Below, in pieces: positions 41,515 through 52,688 of a stretch of DNA of 64,000 bases. Source of the DNA: Terriglobia bacterium (GTDB taxonomy: Bacteria > Acidobacteriota > Terriglobia > 2-12-FULL-54-10); contig CAXVYR010000003.1 in NCBI GenBank assembly GCA_963666975.2, positions 96,001-160,000 on the forward strand, given 5' to 3'. Positions within the stretch are counted from its first letter, which is position 1. The number at the start of each line of letters is the position of its first letter. The notes under the pieces were generated by a model. It worked only from the letters and a program-made list of their open reading frames with translations, was not told the origin of the DNA and ran no database searches. The position numbers were made by a program, and so were the translations under genes.

Positions 41515-41641
41515 CAGAGAAGCTTACCATGAAAACTTTGCTGGACGATGGACGACGAACGACGGGTTGGGAAGGCGTGCAGGAAGGCGTTAAGGTTTTT
41601 CAGATGTCCGGTGGGGGCGCGCTGTGACGACCTGCGGGTCA

Positions 41642-43623
41642 TCAGAAGGAACGCTCATACCGCACGGTAAATCCGTTGGCGCTGTAGTCGGTTACGCGAA
41701 AGAGGTCTTCATAATAGTAGGACCGTTGCCAGCCAAAGACGACCCGGCCGACTTGCGGCAGGGAATAACTGAGCTCGGCGGTCCACGCAGGCCACGTCAA
41801 AGAGCCGAACGCGCCTCTCTCGTTCGCAATTGTTCCCAGTCCGCCGGAGCGAATAAATTGGCCGGTGAAGGAAAGAGTGAGATTATCTTTCGGACTGGCT
41901 TTTACTCCCCAGGAATAGGTCCGGTCGATGGTCTGGTCCGTGGAAAGCAGGCCGGTCAGCGGAGGAACTCCTCGCTCGAAAGCGATGGAGTTTTCTGAGT
42001 AGAAACTGCTGTATGCAAAGCCGGCCCGGAAACCGAGTCTGGAGTAAGGCTGATACGACAGGTTTGTGAAATTTGCGCGGGAGTGCACCAGAAATCCGAT
42101 GTTTTCCGTCTCCAAGTTTCGGAAGGACCAGGTGTTGTCGATTACCCACCGATCGCTGGGGCTATAATGCACCCGGATCGTGGAGCCGATGGTGTCTTGC
42201 GCGGAGATGCGAACATAGGGGTCCACCACAGTGCTGGTTTGAAACTGCCCGCGCACCGCAAAGTTCCGGCCGGGTCGCCAGGAGAAGTTAACCAAGGGAG
42301 AGTAGGATTTAGTGCGTCGGGTGCCTTCCGCCGTCCGTCCGTTGATCTTGCGGACAATGTCCCGTTTGAAAAACCTTAGCCCTCCTCGAATGTTGAACGT
42401 GATATCGGGCACAAAGGCCAGCAGAGCGTCCACAGTGTGTATTCCGAAATCCCAGCGCAGGCTTTCATCCTGACTCAGGGGAACAGGGGCAGGCAAATCG
42501 TCGCGGGTTGCGCGCAGGAATCGAGTTCCCTTCTCAGAATAGCTCTGGTAGCGATAATCCGTAAGCAAGTCCACCCCCTTCGGCAGATCCAAAGTGAAGC
42601 CGACATCGGTCGTATGGGTGGTCAAATCAGTGGCGCCGGCCCCCGTATAGTCCACAGTGAAGGCGGACCCTTGCGAAACAGAGCCTTCCAGGCTGCTGGG
42701 TCCGCTGGCATGGGTGTAAATGTACCCTGAGCGTAGTTGAAAACGCTCGTTCACTTGGTGTTCCAGCCGGATGCTGGTCACCGGAATATTAAAACTGGCA
42801 AACTGGTTCCACTTCCCAACGACCAGGTTTTGGGAGGGCGACCCGGGGCCACGCAGTTGGATCGCCTGATTGGGGAACTCCCGCTCGTCGACCGGGTTGT
42901 TGTAGGTACGGTAGCTCTGTACCAGATGAATATCCGTTTTTCCCAGTTGATAGTCGATCCCTCCTCCGAACAGGTTCGCCTTTTCGCGGAGGGGAATCAC
43001 CAGAGGAAGTTGGTTGGCGCGGCCAAAGGCTCCCCAAACGTCCGGTCCCGTGGGGAGAAAGAAAAACGGCCCCGTGGTGAATCGATTGCCATCCCGCTCC
43101 GTCCGGTTATAAAAAAACCGGAAGCGCAGGTTCCGGGTGGGGGTGTATCGCAGGTCCAAGTCCGCAAACCGGCGGCGGTCGATCCATTCGCGGTTCGAGC
43201 TCGACTCGGTTTGAGGCAAGTTGACGAAGTACTGGGTGGCTCGGTAGCCTGCCCGCAGTTCATAAAGACCGTGCTTGCGCAGTTGGACTCGGATGACGGG
43301 AAAAGGATCGCCGCCCAGGTTTTGAGTGGTGACGGAGAAACGGTCAAACCACCCGCGATTCCGCTCGGCCGATTGAAAACTCAAATGCGTATCGAAGACA
43401 CGAAAACCTTCTTGCAGGTTCAGAACCTGGTTGTATTTGGCATGGTTTCCGTTCAGGTCCAAAAAGCGGTAGCCGAACGAGGTGGTTCCGGCGAAGTTGT
43501 AATTGCCGACGCGACGGGGGTCTCCTCCTGGGCGCTCACAAAGGGGACACATCCCAGAATCCACGCCAGGAAGCAGAAATGTATCCACGGAATTCTCAAC
43601 GTCCGGGCAGCGCTACTTTTCAT
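41642..43623 (-). pseudogene. MtrB/PioB-like outer-membrane beta-barrel, frameshifted after the signal peptide
   Basis: ATG at 43623 encodes a signal peptide (..VPFVSA|QEETP) one frame off the barrel ORF at a C5 run (43520-43516); amphipathic beta strands, C-terminal YERSF; follows a decaheme gene. Confidence 0.75.
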
Positions 43624-43635
43624 CCTGGCCCTTTC

Positions 43636-44658
43636 CTATTGCAAGAATTGCCTCTGGTGATTGGAACCATGAATCTCAACATGACAACGAGTACACTCCC
43701 CGGAGGTCTGGAAACCGAGGCGCGGGTGCGGAACCCCAGTAGCTTCCGGAGGCGCGTGGCACTCCAGGCAAATTTGGCGTACCTCCCTCCTCTTCAGCCA
43801 GAAAGGATTCACCGTGCCGTGGGGAACGTGGCAGGCGGTGCATCCCTCCACCCGGACTGCCGCATGTTCAAAAACAAAAGGACCTCGTTTTTCCACATGG
43901 CAGGCATAGCAAGCTTCCACGGAAACGGCTCGCAACTCGTGGGCGGTTACACTGCCGTGGGGGTTGTGACAGTCCGTGCACTTGAGCAGCCCTTCGTTGA
44001 CGCGATGGCGAACCGGCAACTGAAACTGGGCCTCTACATCCCGATGGCAGGAATAGCACAGCTTCGGCTGATTTTCCTTTAACAAGCGATTGTCCAGCCA
44101 CTCCTGCTCCAAAGCGCGTTTCGGAGCCGAGAAAAGGGACTCCAGGGCGGCGGCGGGCCGGCCCGAATCTTGATTTACTTCGGGGAGGTGGGCAGAGTGG
44201 CAGTCGCCACAAAAAACTCCTGCCGCCAGATGCCGGAACCGCCGAAATAGGCTTTGGTTTTCGTTCTTGATATGGCAAGCGAGGCAACGGTCGGCATTCT
44301 CTTCCGGGGAGTGGCGGGCAAAGCTGTAAATCAGAGTCTTCGCCCTTTCGGTTTCCGCCTCATCGGATGCCTCACCTATCGCTTCGACATGGGCGCGGCC
44401 AGGACCGTGGCAGGCTTCACAACCTTGCTGTTCCGGCGGATATTTTTCCGCCAGGACAGCGGCCATGTAGGTCTTTTGGAATTGTGCAAGGTGCTCCTCA
44501 TGACAGAAGCCGCAAGTTTCGGCTCCCACGTAGTCGTCCGTGACGGCGGAAGTTTCCTGGGCCGCCCATGCTGTAACGGGAAGGAGAAGAAGCGCGATAA
44601 ACGACAATCTGAGAAGGATACCCAACCCATCCAACCCCGCCGTTTTGTACAGGGTCAC
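43636..44658 (-). CDS. MtrA/DmsE-family periplasmic decaheme cytochrome c
   Basis: Signal peptide, YVGAETC..CH, CEACHGPG..H, 10 CxxCH motifs, KRGPFVFEH, IHGSNH. Confidence 0.92.
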   Translation of the reverse strand: MTLYKTAGLDGLGILLRLSFIALLLLPVTAWAAQETSAVTDDYVGAETCGFCHEEHLAQFQKTYMAAVLAEKYPPEQQGCEACHGPGRAHVEAIGEASDEAETERAKTLIYSFARHSPEENADRCLACHIKNENQSLFRRFRHLAAGVFCGDCHSAHLPEVNQDSGRPAAALESLFSAPKRALEQEWLDNRLLKENQPKLCYSCHRDVEAQFQLPVRHRVNEGLLKCTDCHNPHGSVTAHELRAVSVEACYACHVEKRGPFVFEHAAVRVEGCTACHVPHGTVNPFWLKRREVRQICLECHAPPEATGVPHPRLGFQTSGECTRCHVEIHGSNHQRQFLQ

Positions 44659-44781
44659 CTCAAACGCTGTTCTGGTCTCACCGCCGGATGATGAATTTTC
44701 CTTCGGTGGCCTGGGAATGGGGTCAACCGAATTTCAATGTCTTGTTTGCCTCCGAGCCGTTCTGGCGCGCTCTCCTTTCTT

Positions 44782-44953
44782 CTAGAGCGGTTCTCCAGTT
44801 GGTATAGATCGTGTCCGAGCCGCGACCGTGAGGGAGCGGGTCCAAAAATGACTCCATCGACCAGCGTGTGGTGTCCGCTTGCTTACGCGCGCGGCTCGGA
44901 TTGGCTTGGCTTCCGGTAAACTTGGGTCTACACTATCGCGAGAGCCGCTCCAG
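44782..44953. mobile_element. MITE-like element (about 170 bp) enclosing an inverted REP pair, copy 1
   Basis: CTAGAGCGGTTCTC...GAGAGCCGCTCCAG ends; closely similar inverted copy at 62439-62608. Confidence 0.7.
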
Positions 44954-45091
44954 CTTACCAGCGAGTCCAAGGCCGGGGAAGAGTGTGCAGGCAGTGACAT
45001 CCCCATCCACTCTCCCCCCTCGAGGGAGTGGCGCTTTCTTGCCGCCACCCTCCATCCCCACGCATCCATGGATTGCATTCCTTGTCCCACG

Positions 45092-47223
45092 TTAGCGCGC
45101 ATGGACCTTGCTGACGGCGAAGTCCCTGCCTTCCCCATGGCAGGCAGTACAGGATTCGCCGAAGGGCGCTATCATCACGTAGGCGTGGGCAGCCGCATGC
45201 TCGCTATCATGGCAGCCCAAGCAGGCCGCGGTAATCGGCGGTGTCGGCGTAAAGAAGTGCCGCGGTGTATCCACGCTGACCAAGCCATCGGGTAAAGGCA
45301 ACTCGTAGGAATCGTTCACATGGCACGTCTCGCAGTCTCGCAGGTCGCCCGGGAAATGTACCTCGTTGAAATTGTCCGGGCTGCCATGGGCGAAGATCGT
45401 AAAGTCGTTCTCCAGATCGTGCCCGGTATGAATGCGGTGAATCATCGTGCGGAAGTCGAGCGTTTGAGGAGGAAACGGCCCCTCAGGAGGACGTTCAGCG
45501 GCATCGTTATTCTTCGTGTTGTGGCAGATGACGCAGTATTCGGTATCTCTCCGAGCGGTGCCATGCCTGGCAAGTTTGTTGTGGCATACATTGCACTTAT
45601 TCACATCCACCACTTGGCGGCGCGGCACAACAGGACCCCCGGAGATTCCGAAATAGAATATGGGATTCCTAAGAGCAGCCTCCCGCACGGAGAAGCTTTG
45701 TCCCAAGAGCGGCCCGGGGATGGTTGTCTGGTTGAATGCCTCGGCTCCCACCGCCCAGGTGCCGCTGGCATCAGCGGCAATTGCTGCGTTGAAAGTGTAC
45801 GTATACCCGGTGGGTCCCGGCGTGGCCGATTGCACGTTTTCTCGCTTACCAAAGGTATAGTCGCTGGTTGGCCCTCCCAGGGTGAGCCTCGCGCGGTCGT
45901 AATTGGAGATATCCAAGGGATTTCCCGCGTTGTCGGTCACCGTGAAGGTAACCGTGGGGTTGTTGCCCGGGTTCGTGTTGGTCACCTCCAAAATCTCCAG
46001 GTTGATCCCCGCCAACTGCTTGGAATTCGTCGGGATCGTATGCACTCCAGCCACAGAAAGGTCAAACTCCAACCCGGTGTCGGGTGCGTGGCAGATGGTG
46101 CACAGGCTGTCATCTACTTGAATCCCGCCCGGATGGTGTTCGCCAGTGGCGAAGTTCACGTCGTCGTGGCAGGAACCGCAAGCAACTCGCGAAGGATTGG
46201 TCTTGTAGTTGTCCGACTGGGTGCCTCCTTGGTGGCAGGTGGTGCAGTTGCGCACATCTTGCGGCCAATGCACCTCGGAGTAGTCGTGAACACTGTTGCG
46301 GAAGCCGATAATCTGATAGGGAATTCCAGCCTGCACGCTGGGCAAATTGGCTCCGCGGTGAATCTTGTGGATCATCACCTTGAAGTCGGGCGTGTTGCCG
46401 GTGTCCGGGTCGATGTTCTGGGGCTGATGGCACAGGATACAGAGCTGCGTGATCTGGCGAGAACCGCCGTGCAGCGCCAGCGGGTTGTGGCACTGGTTAC
46501 AGGCTTCCGTCCTCACCACATCTCGCACAACGGTAACCTCACCGCCGGAGGGCACGAAGTTGTAAGTGTCGTTGGAGATATAGCGGCCGGTTTTGACCAG
46601 TTGGAACAGGCCCAAATCCTCCGCTATTTGGCGCAAATCCCGCGTGGCATAAACGCCCACCGTATGTGTCGCATCTGCCGGGAAACCTGAGGGTAGCTGA
46701 GTTCCGAAGGTGTATTTGTACGTGCCGTTCCCCAAATCGGCATAGCTGCCACCGGAATCGGTGGCGGGCTGCTCCGCCGAATCCCCGGTAATGGTGCTGG
46801 TTTGCAACCGGGTCGTGTAGCTGGTGTACTGCGTGTCTCCCGGGTTAATGCGAGCCAAAATCCAAGAGGTGGAGACAGTCCCCGGCGTCTCGATGCCCGA
46901 CCGGTCCAAGGGCTGGTCCTGGTCATCGGATATGCGAAAGGTAGCCGAGACCGTAGAGCCGCTGACCTCCACGCCCCGCGATTTGCTCTGCGCTCATGCT
47001 CAGAATCGTTTCAATCAAACCTCGCCCGGCCCGATCAATCACCTCATCCAACGCCAGATTGGATGTCCAGGTTAAGACCCGGCCGAATCCAGATCAGCTC
47101 GGCCTCCGTCAAATAGAAAGCCTTCTCGGAGCGAAGGTACTGCTTGCCATCCTTTGCGCCAATTATCCCAACCCCTGCAAAAATCAATAAGAAAAGACAG
47201 AGAATCAGCTTTCGGCCTTTCAT
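45092..47223 (-). pseudogene. OmcA/MtrC-family decaheme cytochrome c interrupted near the N-terminus by an IS256-derived fragment
   Basis: 10 CxxCH motifs in 2x5 layout, LALHGG.R, C..CH.P, MIHKIH.G; N-terminal part (MKGRKLIL..IRPGLNLDIQ, RBS GGAGGT) separated by 46973-47058. Confidence 0.88.
46973..47058 (-). mobile_element. 86-bp internal fragment of the IS256 transposase gene
   Basis: Reverse complement of 33958-34043 with one mismatch; no IS ends. Confidence 0.9.
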
Positions 47224-47350
47224 AAGGACCTCCACTTTATTCACCCGGCGGTGGTGAGGTTATAGCTTCGATTCGACCAATTTGTTCCATTAACTGTTGC
47301 TTCTGATAGCTGCATTGCTTGATTGCCCGCTTACCACTAACCTCGCACAA

Positions 47351-47649
47351 ACCATATACGAGGTTTCAGTGCTCCTAAGTGCAAGTCGGATTCCAGAGCT
47401 TCAAAAATAAGAAAAATAAGCCCTCCAAGGCAGGTGCGGGACTTGGTCGGTTTGGCATGCAGGGAACAAAGCAGATACGGCTGTTGACCGTAACCAGGCG
47501 GGTGTTGGCCAAACCAACAATCACCTCCTCTTGGCAACAATCCTTCCACCATATACGAGGTTTCAGTGCTCCTAAGTGCAAGTCGGATTCCAGAGAACTT
47601 GGTCGGTTTGGCATGCAGGGAACAAAGCAGATGAGCAACAATCCTTCCA
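47351..47649. repeat. Three-block direct repeat (48, 36 and 15 bp); second copy lacks the spacers
   Basis: 47351-398=47548-595; 47441-476=47597-632; 47534-548=47635-649. Confidence 0.9.
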
Positions 47650-47812
47650 GAATGAGGCATAAAACTGCGTAAAATTACGCACCACTGCGGGAAATTACCT
47701 ATCTGCTAGCATTTCCAAAGCGGTGACTTGGCCTGCGGGGCTGGACTCTCAGAAAGAGGAAGGGCCTGTTGGAGCATTCCTTCAGGTCTCCTGTTTGAAA
47801 AGGAACAAAAGA

Positions 47813-47889
47813 TGGGGTGAGCGGAGGGGCTCGAACCCTCGACCACCGGAGCCACAGTCCGGCGCTCTACCAACTGAGCTACGCTCACC
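47813..47889 (-). tRNA. tRNA-His (GTG) with encoded G-1 and CCA
   Basis: G-GTGAGCG acceptor stem, AGCTCAGTTGGTAGAGC D arm, CTGTGGC anticodon loop, GGTTCGAG T arm, C73-CCA. Confidence 0.97.
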
Positions 47890-48114
47890 AGAAAGTAGCT
47901 ACTGTAGGGATGACTGATTATAGGGCTTGGCAGATTTGCGGTCAACACGCACGGTTCCGGGAGGATCGCAAGCTGCTGGGACTTGGCTGCTGGAACCTGG
48001 CTGCTGGAACTAGGGCTGTACATTTCGCCGAGTCCCTTCAGCTTGCTTAATCGCGGAAACTTCGATAGGCTGTCGGTGGCGGGAGACGGAGTGTAACCTA
48101 TGGAGTGTAACCTA

Positions 48115-48528
48115 ATGAAGGCACATCTGTACGCGTTGTCGATGTTCACCCTGGTGTGTTTTCTGGCAGGTTGTGGAGGCCTGCTGGGAGGCGATTCCGA
48201 TGCTGCCATTCAGCGGGCCATTGAGGAGCATCTAGCCAATCGCCCTGGTTTGGCGAGCGACAATTTGTTAATGGAAGTCCAGGACGTCCAAATCCAGGGC
48301 GATACCGCCGTAGCCGAGGTAGTTTTTCGCAGCCGAACCGATCAATCTGCGATGATGGCTTTTCATTATCAACTTCGCAACGAAGGCAATCAATGGAAGG
48401 TGGAGAGCGGGAGCCCGAGCCAAGAGCGGTCCGCGCATCCGCCCTCCGCCAGCTCTCCTGGCGCGGGTGGTTCCCTGCCTGAGGGGCACCCTTCGATAGA
48501 GCAAGTTCCGTCGCAGCCTTCACAGTAA
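48115..48528 (+). CDS. Hypothetical lipoprotein
   Basis: Lipobox LAGC; C-terminal LPEGHP motif. Confidence 0.7.
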   Translation: MKAHLYALSMFTLVCFLAGCGGLLGGDSDAAIQRAIEEHLANRPGLASDNLLMEVQDVQIQGDTAVAEVVFRSRTDQSAMMAFHYQLRNEGNQWKVESGSPSQERSAHPPSASSPGAGGSLPEGHPSIEQVPSQPSQ

Positions 48529-48683
48529 ATTCCAATCAGAGTTCCTGGGAATCCAAGCACAAACAACAGCGGGCAATGCCTTCTACGTCAGGGACGGCAT
48601 TAGCTTTCAGCGACGGCAAGCCAGGCCGTTAGTAACTCCCGGCCCAAAAGCCGCCCTACCCACCCTTAAGGCGGTGTGCTAGT

Positions 48684-49895
48684 ATGAATTCTTTGGAGGG
48701 GAGAGCAGGATTGCAGTCAGTTTACATCGTATCGGCTGTGAGAACACCTATCGGAAAATTTGGCGGATCGCTGGCGGGTTTGACTTCGGCCGACATGGGC
48801 ACGATCGTGGCGAAGGCTGCATTGGAGCGTACTTCCGTGTCACCGGCGCAGGTGGAGGAAGCAATCTTCGGCAATGCGAGGCAAGCGGGAGGGGGTCCCA
48901 ACGTGGCCCGGCAGATCAGCCATCGGGCGGGCGTGCCGGACTCTTCCCCGGCATACACGGTGAATAAGGCTTGCGCCAGCGGGATCAAGTCCATCGTGCT
49001 CGCGTATCAAGAAATCCTGCTGGGAAATGCCCACTGTATTCTGGCCGGCGGGACGGAATCGATGAGCCGCCTACCCTACCTGATTGATAATGCACGGTGG
49101 GGATACCGAATGGGGCATCAAACGCTGGTGGATGCCATGTACCGGGACGGCTTCATGGACCCTCTCTCGGAGATGTTAATGGGTGAAACGGCGGAAAAGC
49201 TGGCTGGGTTGCACGGGATCGGCCGGGAGGAGCAAGATTGTTATGCATTGACCACCCAGCATCGCGCTGAGGTTGCCACCACTCAAGGAAACTTTCGAGA
49301 CGAGATTGTGCCCGTAGAAGTGAAGGAGAAAAAGGGAACGCGGATGATGAATGCCGATGAGCATATCCGGTTTGGAGCAACGCCGGAGGGGATCGCTAAG
49401 CTGCCCACAGTCTTTTCCAAGACCGGCACGGTAACGGCAGGGAATTCTTCCGGGATCACCGACGGCGCCGCCGCAACCCTGCTGGTTTCCGGGGATAAGG
49501 TGGAAGAATGGGGGCTGAAGCCGCTGGCGAAGATTCTGAATTACTCTTCGGCGGGGGTCGATCCCTCGATTATGGGTATCGCTCCGGTTCCCGCTGTGCG
49601 GAAACTGTTAGAAAAGCTCGGCTGGAAACTGGAACAGTTCGATCTGGTAGAGTTGAATGAAGCATTCGCGGCTCAGGTCCTGGCTTGCGACCGTGAGTTG
49701 CACTTTGACCGGGAAAAACTGAACGTCAACGGAGGAGCCATCGCGCTGGGTCATCCTATCGGATGCAGCGGCACGCGCATTGTGGTAACGCTTTTGCACG
49801 CCATGCGGAAGCGCGCCGTGAAGCGAGGATTGGCAACTTTGTGCGTGAGCGGGGGGCTCGGAATGGCCCTGGCCCTGGAAGCTGTTTCCGGCTGA
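48684..49895 (+). CDS. Acetyl-CoA C-acyltransferase (thiolase)
   Basis: [33 protein letters not shown]. Confidence 0.95.
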   Translation: MNSLEGRAGLQSVYIVSAVRTPIGKFGGSLAGLTSADMGTIVAKAALERTSVSPAQVEEAIFGNARQAGGGPNVARQISHRAGVPDSSPAYTVNKACASGIKSIVLAYQEILLGNAHCILAGGTESMSRLPYLIDNARWGYRMGHQTLVDAMYRDGFMDPLSEMLMGETAEKLAGLHGIGREEQDCYALTTQHRAEVATTQGNFRDEIVPVEVKEKKGTRMMNADEHIRFGATPEGIAKLPTVFSKTGTVTAGNSSGITDGAAATLLVSGDKVEEWGLKPLAKILNYSSAGVDPSIMGIAPVPAVRKLLEKLGWKLEQFDLVELNEAFAAQVLACDRELHFDREKLNVNGGAIALGHPIGCSGTRIVVTLLHAMRKRAVKRGLATLCVSGGLGMALALEAVSG

Positions 49896-49915
49896 GGAGC
49901 CGGCTGAGGAGGTCG

Positions 49916-50710
49916 ATGAGCACCACAGGCGAAGGACTAGCTTACAAATATATCCAACTGGACGTCAGCGCCAATGTAGCCCGCGTGACGCTGAACCGCC
50001 CTCCCCACAATGTCCTTACCGTTGACATGATGGAAGAGCTGGCCAAGGCGATCGAAGGGCTGCATGACCAGCGGCAGATTCGAGCCATCTTGATCCAGGC
50101 CGCCGGCGCCTGCACGGCTTTCTCGGCCGGCGTTGCGGTGGAGGAGTCGCGGTCAGACCGCGTCTTCCAGATGCTGGAGGCTTTCCAGTCGGTATTCCGC
50201 AATATGCTGGAGATCTCCAAACCCGTCGTTACGGTGGTGAACGGCCCGGCGATTGGAGGTGGCTGCGAGTTGGCTGCCTTGGGCGATATGATTATTGCAA
50301 CCCCGAAGGCCCGCTTCGCGCAGCCGGAGATCAAGCTCGGCGTCTTCCCGCCTTTGGCATCGATTATTTTGCCTCATGTCATCGGACCGAAGCGCGCCCT
50401 GGAAATGATCCTCACCGGGGATCCTCTGAGTGCGGAGGAAGCACTTCGGCTGGGACTGGTAAACCGCGTGGTGCCGGAGAACGTGCTGGAGCAGGAAGTC
50501 GGGAAAATCCTGGGTAAGATCACTGAGCAGAGCGCTCCGGTTCTGGAGATGGCCAAGAAGGTGATCTACGATACCATCGGCATTCCCCTGCCGGACGCTA
50601 TCAAAAAATCGTCGGATATTTACTTGAATCAGTTGATGGACCTCGACGACTCCCAGGAAGGGTTGCGCGCCATTGTGGAGAAGAGGAAGCCGGTGTGGAA
50701 GAACCAGTAA
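49916..50710 (+). CDS. Enoyl-CoA hydratase/isomerase family protein
   Basis: TLNRPPHN, AFSAG, AIGGGCEL, FAQPEIKLG; RBS GAGGAGG. Confidence 0.92.
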   Translation: MSTTGEGLAYKYIQLDVSANVARVTLNRPPHNVLTVDMMEELAKAIEGLHDQRQIRAILIQAAGACTAFSAGVAVEESRSDRVFQMLEAFQSVFRNMLEISKPVVTVVNGPAIGGGCELAALGDMIIATPKARFAQPEIKLGVFPPLASIILPHVIGPKRALEMILTGDPLSAEEALRLGLVNRVVPENVLEQEVGKILGKITEQSAPVLEMAKKVIYDTIGIPLPDAIKKSSDIYLNQLMDLDDSQEGLRAIVEKRKPVWKNQ

Positions 50711-51027
50711 GGAAAAGCATCCCGTGCAAAGAGGGAATCTCTTGGATGCCTCGGCACGGTCGGGATTACTGGGCTGGATTTTTCCCCCGGTCCGGGAAAA
50801 CGGCTCCTGGCGGATTGACAGCTTCCAATTGACACCGGAAATGGCAGATTCCTTCCGTGCCCGGCCATGTTTCCTTTACATTTGAGAGTTGCGCAGCTTT
50901 TTTGCGGCAGCATTTCGGTGATTCGGGCAGGAGCCCGGCCTGACTTCAGATAGAAAGCGCCGGCAGAACCGGGACTCTGGGAAGAGAAGGAAACCGGAAG
51001 CACGGGGCGAAGGGAGGCGACAACCAG

Positions 51028-51798
51028 TTGGGTGCGCTGGATGGTTTTGCCAAGCAGCGAGTTTTGGCGGTCCAGGAGTTTACGTTGCTGGCCGGCCGGG
51101 CATTCCGGAATATTTTCCGGCCGCCGCATTATTTTGCCGATATTGTCCAGCAGATGGATTTTATCGGCTTCGGCTCCCTTCCGATTGTGATACTGACCGG
51201 TTTCTTTACCGGCGCTGTGCTCGCTCTCCAGATGGCCAATACGCTCACCACCTTTGGGGAGACATCCCTGACGGGACAGTTGGTGGCGGTTTCTCTGGTG
51301 CGGGAACTGGGGCCCGTTCTGACTGCTTTGATGGTCGCAGGCCGGAACAGTTCCGGCATCGCCTCCGAGTTGGGTTCCATGGTGGTGAGCGAACAGATAG
51401 AGGCGATGCGGGCTCTCGGCACCGACCCCATCAAAAAACTGGTGACGCCCCGCTTGATCGCTGTGGTTATTATGCTGCCCCTGCTGACGATCCTGATGGA
51501 CTTCGTGGGTTTGTGGGGGGGCTTTGCGACCTCTTTCTTTATGATTCAACTGAATCCGGCGCTATATTGGACCAGCGCCTACCGCGCCCTGGGATTTGAC
51601 GATCTGTTTCAAGGGCTCCTCAAGCCGTTTATGTTCGCCTTCATCGTGGCTCTGGTAGGCTGTTATTATGGGCTCAGCACCCGCGGGGGAACGCAGGGCG
51701 TGGGGCGGTCGACGACGCAGGCGGTGGTTGCCGCGTCCGTTCTGATCCTGGCCTTTGATTTTTTCCTGACCAAGATACTGCTCACCTGGGAAGGTTAG
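51028..51798 (+). CDS. mlaE: MlaE-family ABC permease
   Basis: VRELGPVLTALMVAGR..SELGSM..EQIEAMRALG.DP. Confidence 0.92.
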   Translation: MGALDGFAKQRVLAVQEFTLLAGRAFRNIFRPPHYFADIVQQMDFIGFGSLPIVILTGFFTGAVLALQMANTLTTFGETSLTGQLVAVSLVRELGPVLTALMVAGRNSSGIASELGSMVVSEQIEAMRALGTDPIKKLVTPRLIAVVIMLPLLTILMDFVGLWGGFATSFFMIQLNPALYWTSAYRALGFDDLFQGLLKPFMFAFIVALVGCYYGLSTRGGTQGVGRSTTQAVVAASVLILAFDFFLTKILLTWEG

Positions 51799-51807
51799 GG
51801 TGAATCG

Positions 51808-52629
51808 ATGGGAGAACAGGAAAATCTGGAAGCCGTGGTGGAGTTTGATCGCGTAGCTCTTCGCTTTGAGGAGCATATCGTGCTGCGCGAAGTCTCTTTT
51901 CGCCTGGAGCGGGGTGAAACCAAGGTGTTGCTGGGGGTGACGGGAACGGGCAAGTCCATTTTGCTGAAGATGACGATGGGGTTGTTGAAACCGGACTCAG
52001 GCCGTATTTTCGTATTGGGGGAGGAGATCACGAACCGCAGCGAGCCGGAGCTGTTTCAAATCCGCCGGCAGATTGGGATGGTTTTCCAGGAGGGCGCTCT
52101 GTTCGATTCGCTGACGGTGGGCGAAAACGTGGGCTATGTCTTCCAGCGGCTGCCGGAAGTATCGCCGGAGGAGGCGAACCGCCGGGTGCGCGAGGCGCTG
52201 TGCTTTGTGGATCTGGAACATACCTTGGATCTGTTTCCCTCCCAGTTGTCCGGAGGAATGCGAAGAAGGGTGGCCATTGCACGGGCCATCGTGGGGCAGC
52301 CGGAGATTATGCTCTACGATTCACCCACGGCGGGGTTAGATCCTATCACGGCCCAGCGCATTATGACCCTTGTTCTCAAGCAGCGGGACGTGAGTAAGGT
52401 CAGCTCGTTGCTGGTCACGCATCGAATGCAAGATGCCTTTCGGATGGCGCATTTCTATTACGATCATCAGCAGGAGAAGATGTTGCCGGCCGGGGGGAAC
52501 AGCGCCGGTCGGGACACACACACTCGCTTTTTGGTCTTGCGGGACGGTGAAGTGCTCTTTCATGGCCAACTGCAAGAATTAGGAGCGAAGCGAGATCCCT
52601 ACCTGCACAAATTTCTGCCGCACATGTAG
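51808..52629 (+). CDS. mlaF: MlaF-family ABC ATPase
   Basis: GVTGTGKS, FQEGALFDSL, LSGGMRRR, YDSPTAGLDP. Confidence 0.88.
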   Translation: MGEQENLEAVVEFDRVALRFEEHIVLREVSFRLERGETKVLLGVTGTGKSILLKMTMGLLKPDSGRIFVLGEEITNRSEPELFQIRRQIGMVFQEGALFDSLTVGENVGYVFQRLPEVSPEEANRRVREALCFVDLEHTLDLFPSQLSGGMRRRVAIARAIVGQPEIMLYDSPTAGLDPITAQRIMTLVLKQRDVSKVSSLLVTHRMQDAFRMAHFYYDHQQEKMLPAGGNSAGRDTHTRFLVLRDGEVLFHGQLQELGAKRDPYLHKFLPHM

Positions 52630-52688
52630 AAGGCGACTCATCCGCTGCCACAAGGGACGGAAAAGGAATTCAATCTGCCGGAGGTAAC

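Noticed and set aside
43586-43588. GTG at 43588 as the true start of the beta-barrel gene
   Set aside because: It yields no signal peptide; the signal peptide lies in the adjacent frame from ATG 43623
47351-47649. CRISPR array
   Set aside because: Three different blocks each occur only twice, there is no constant repeat-spacer period, and no cas genes are present
41560-47889. Integrative island at tRNA-His carrying the mtr cluster
   Set aside because: No integrase and no duplicated tRNA 3' end was seen at the far boundary
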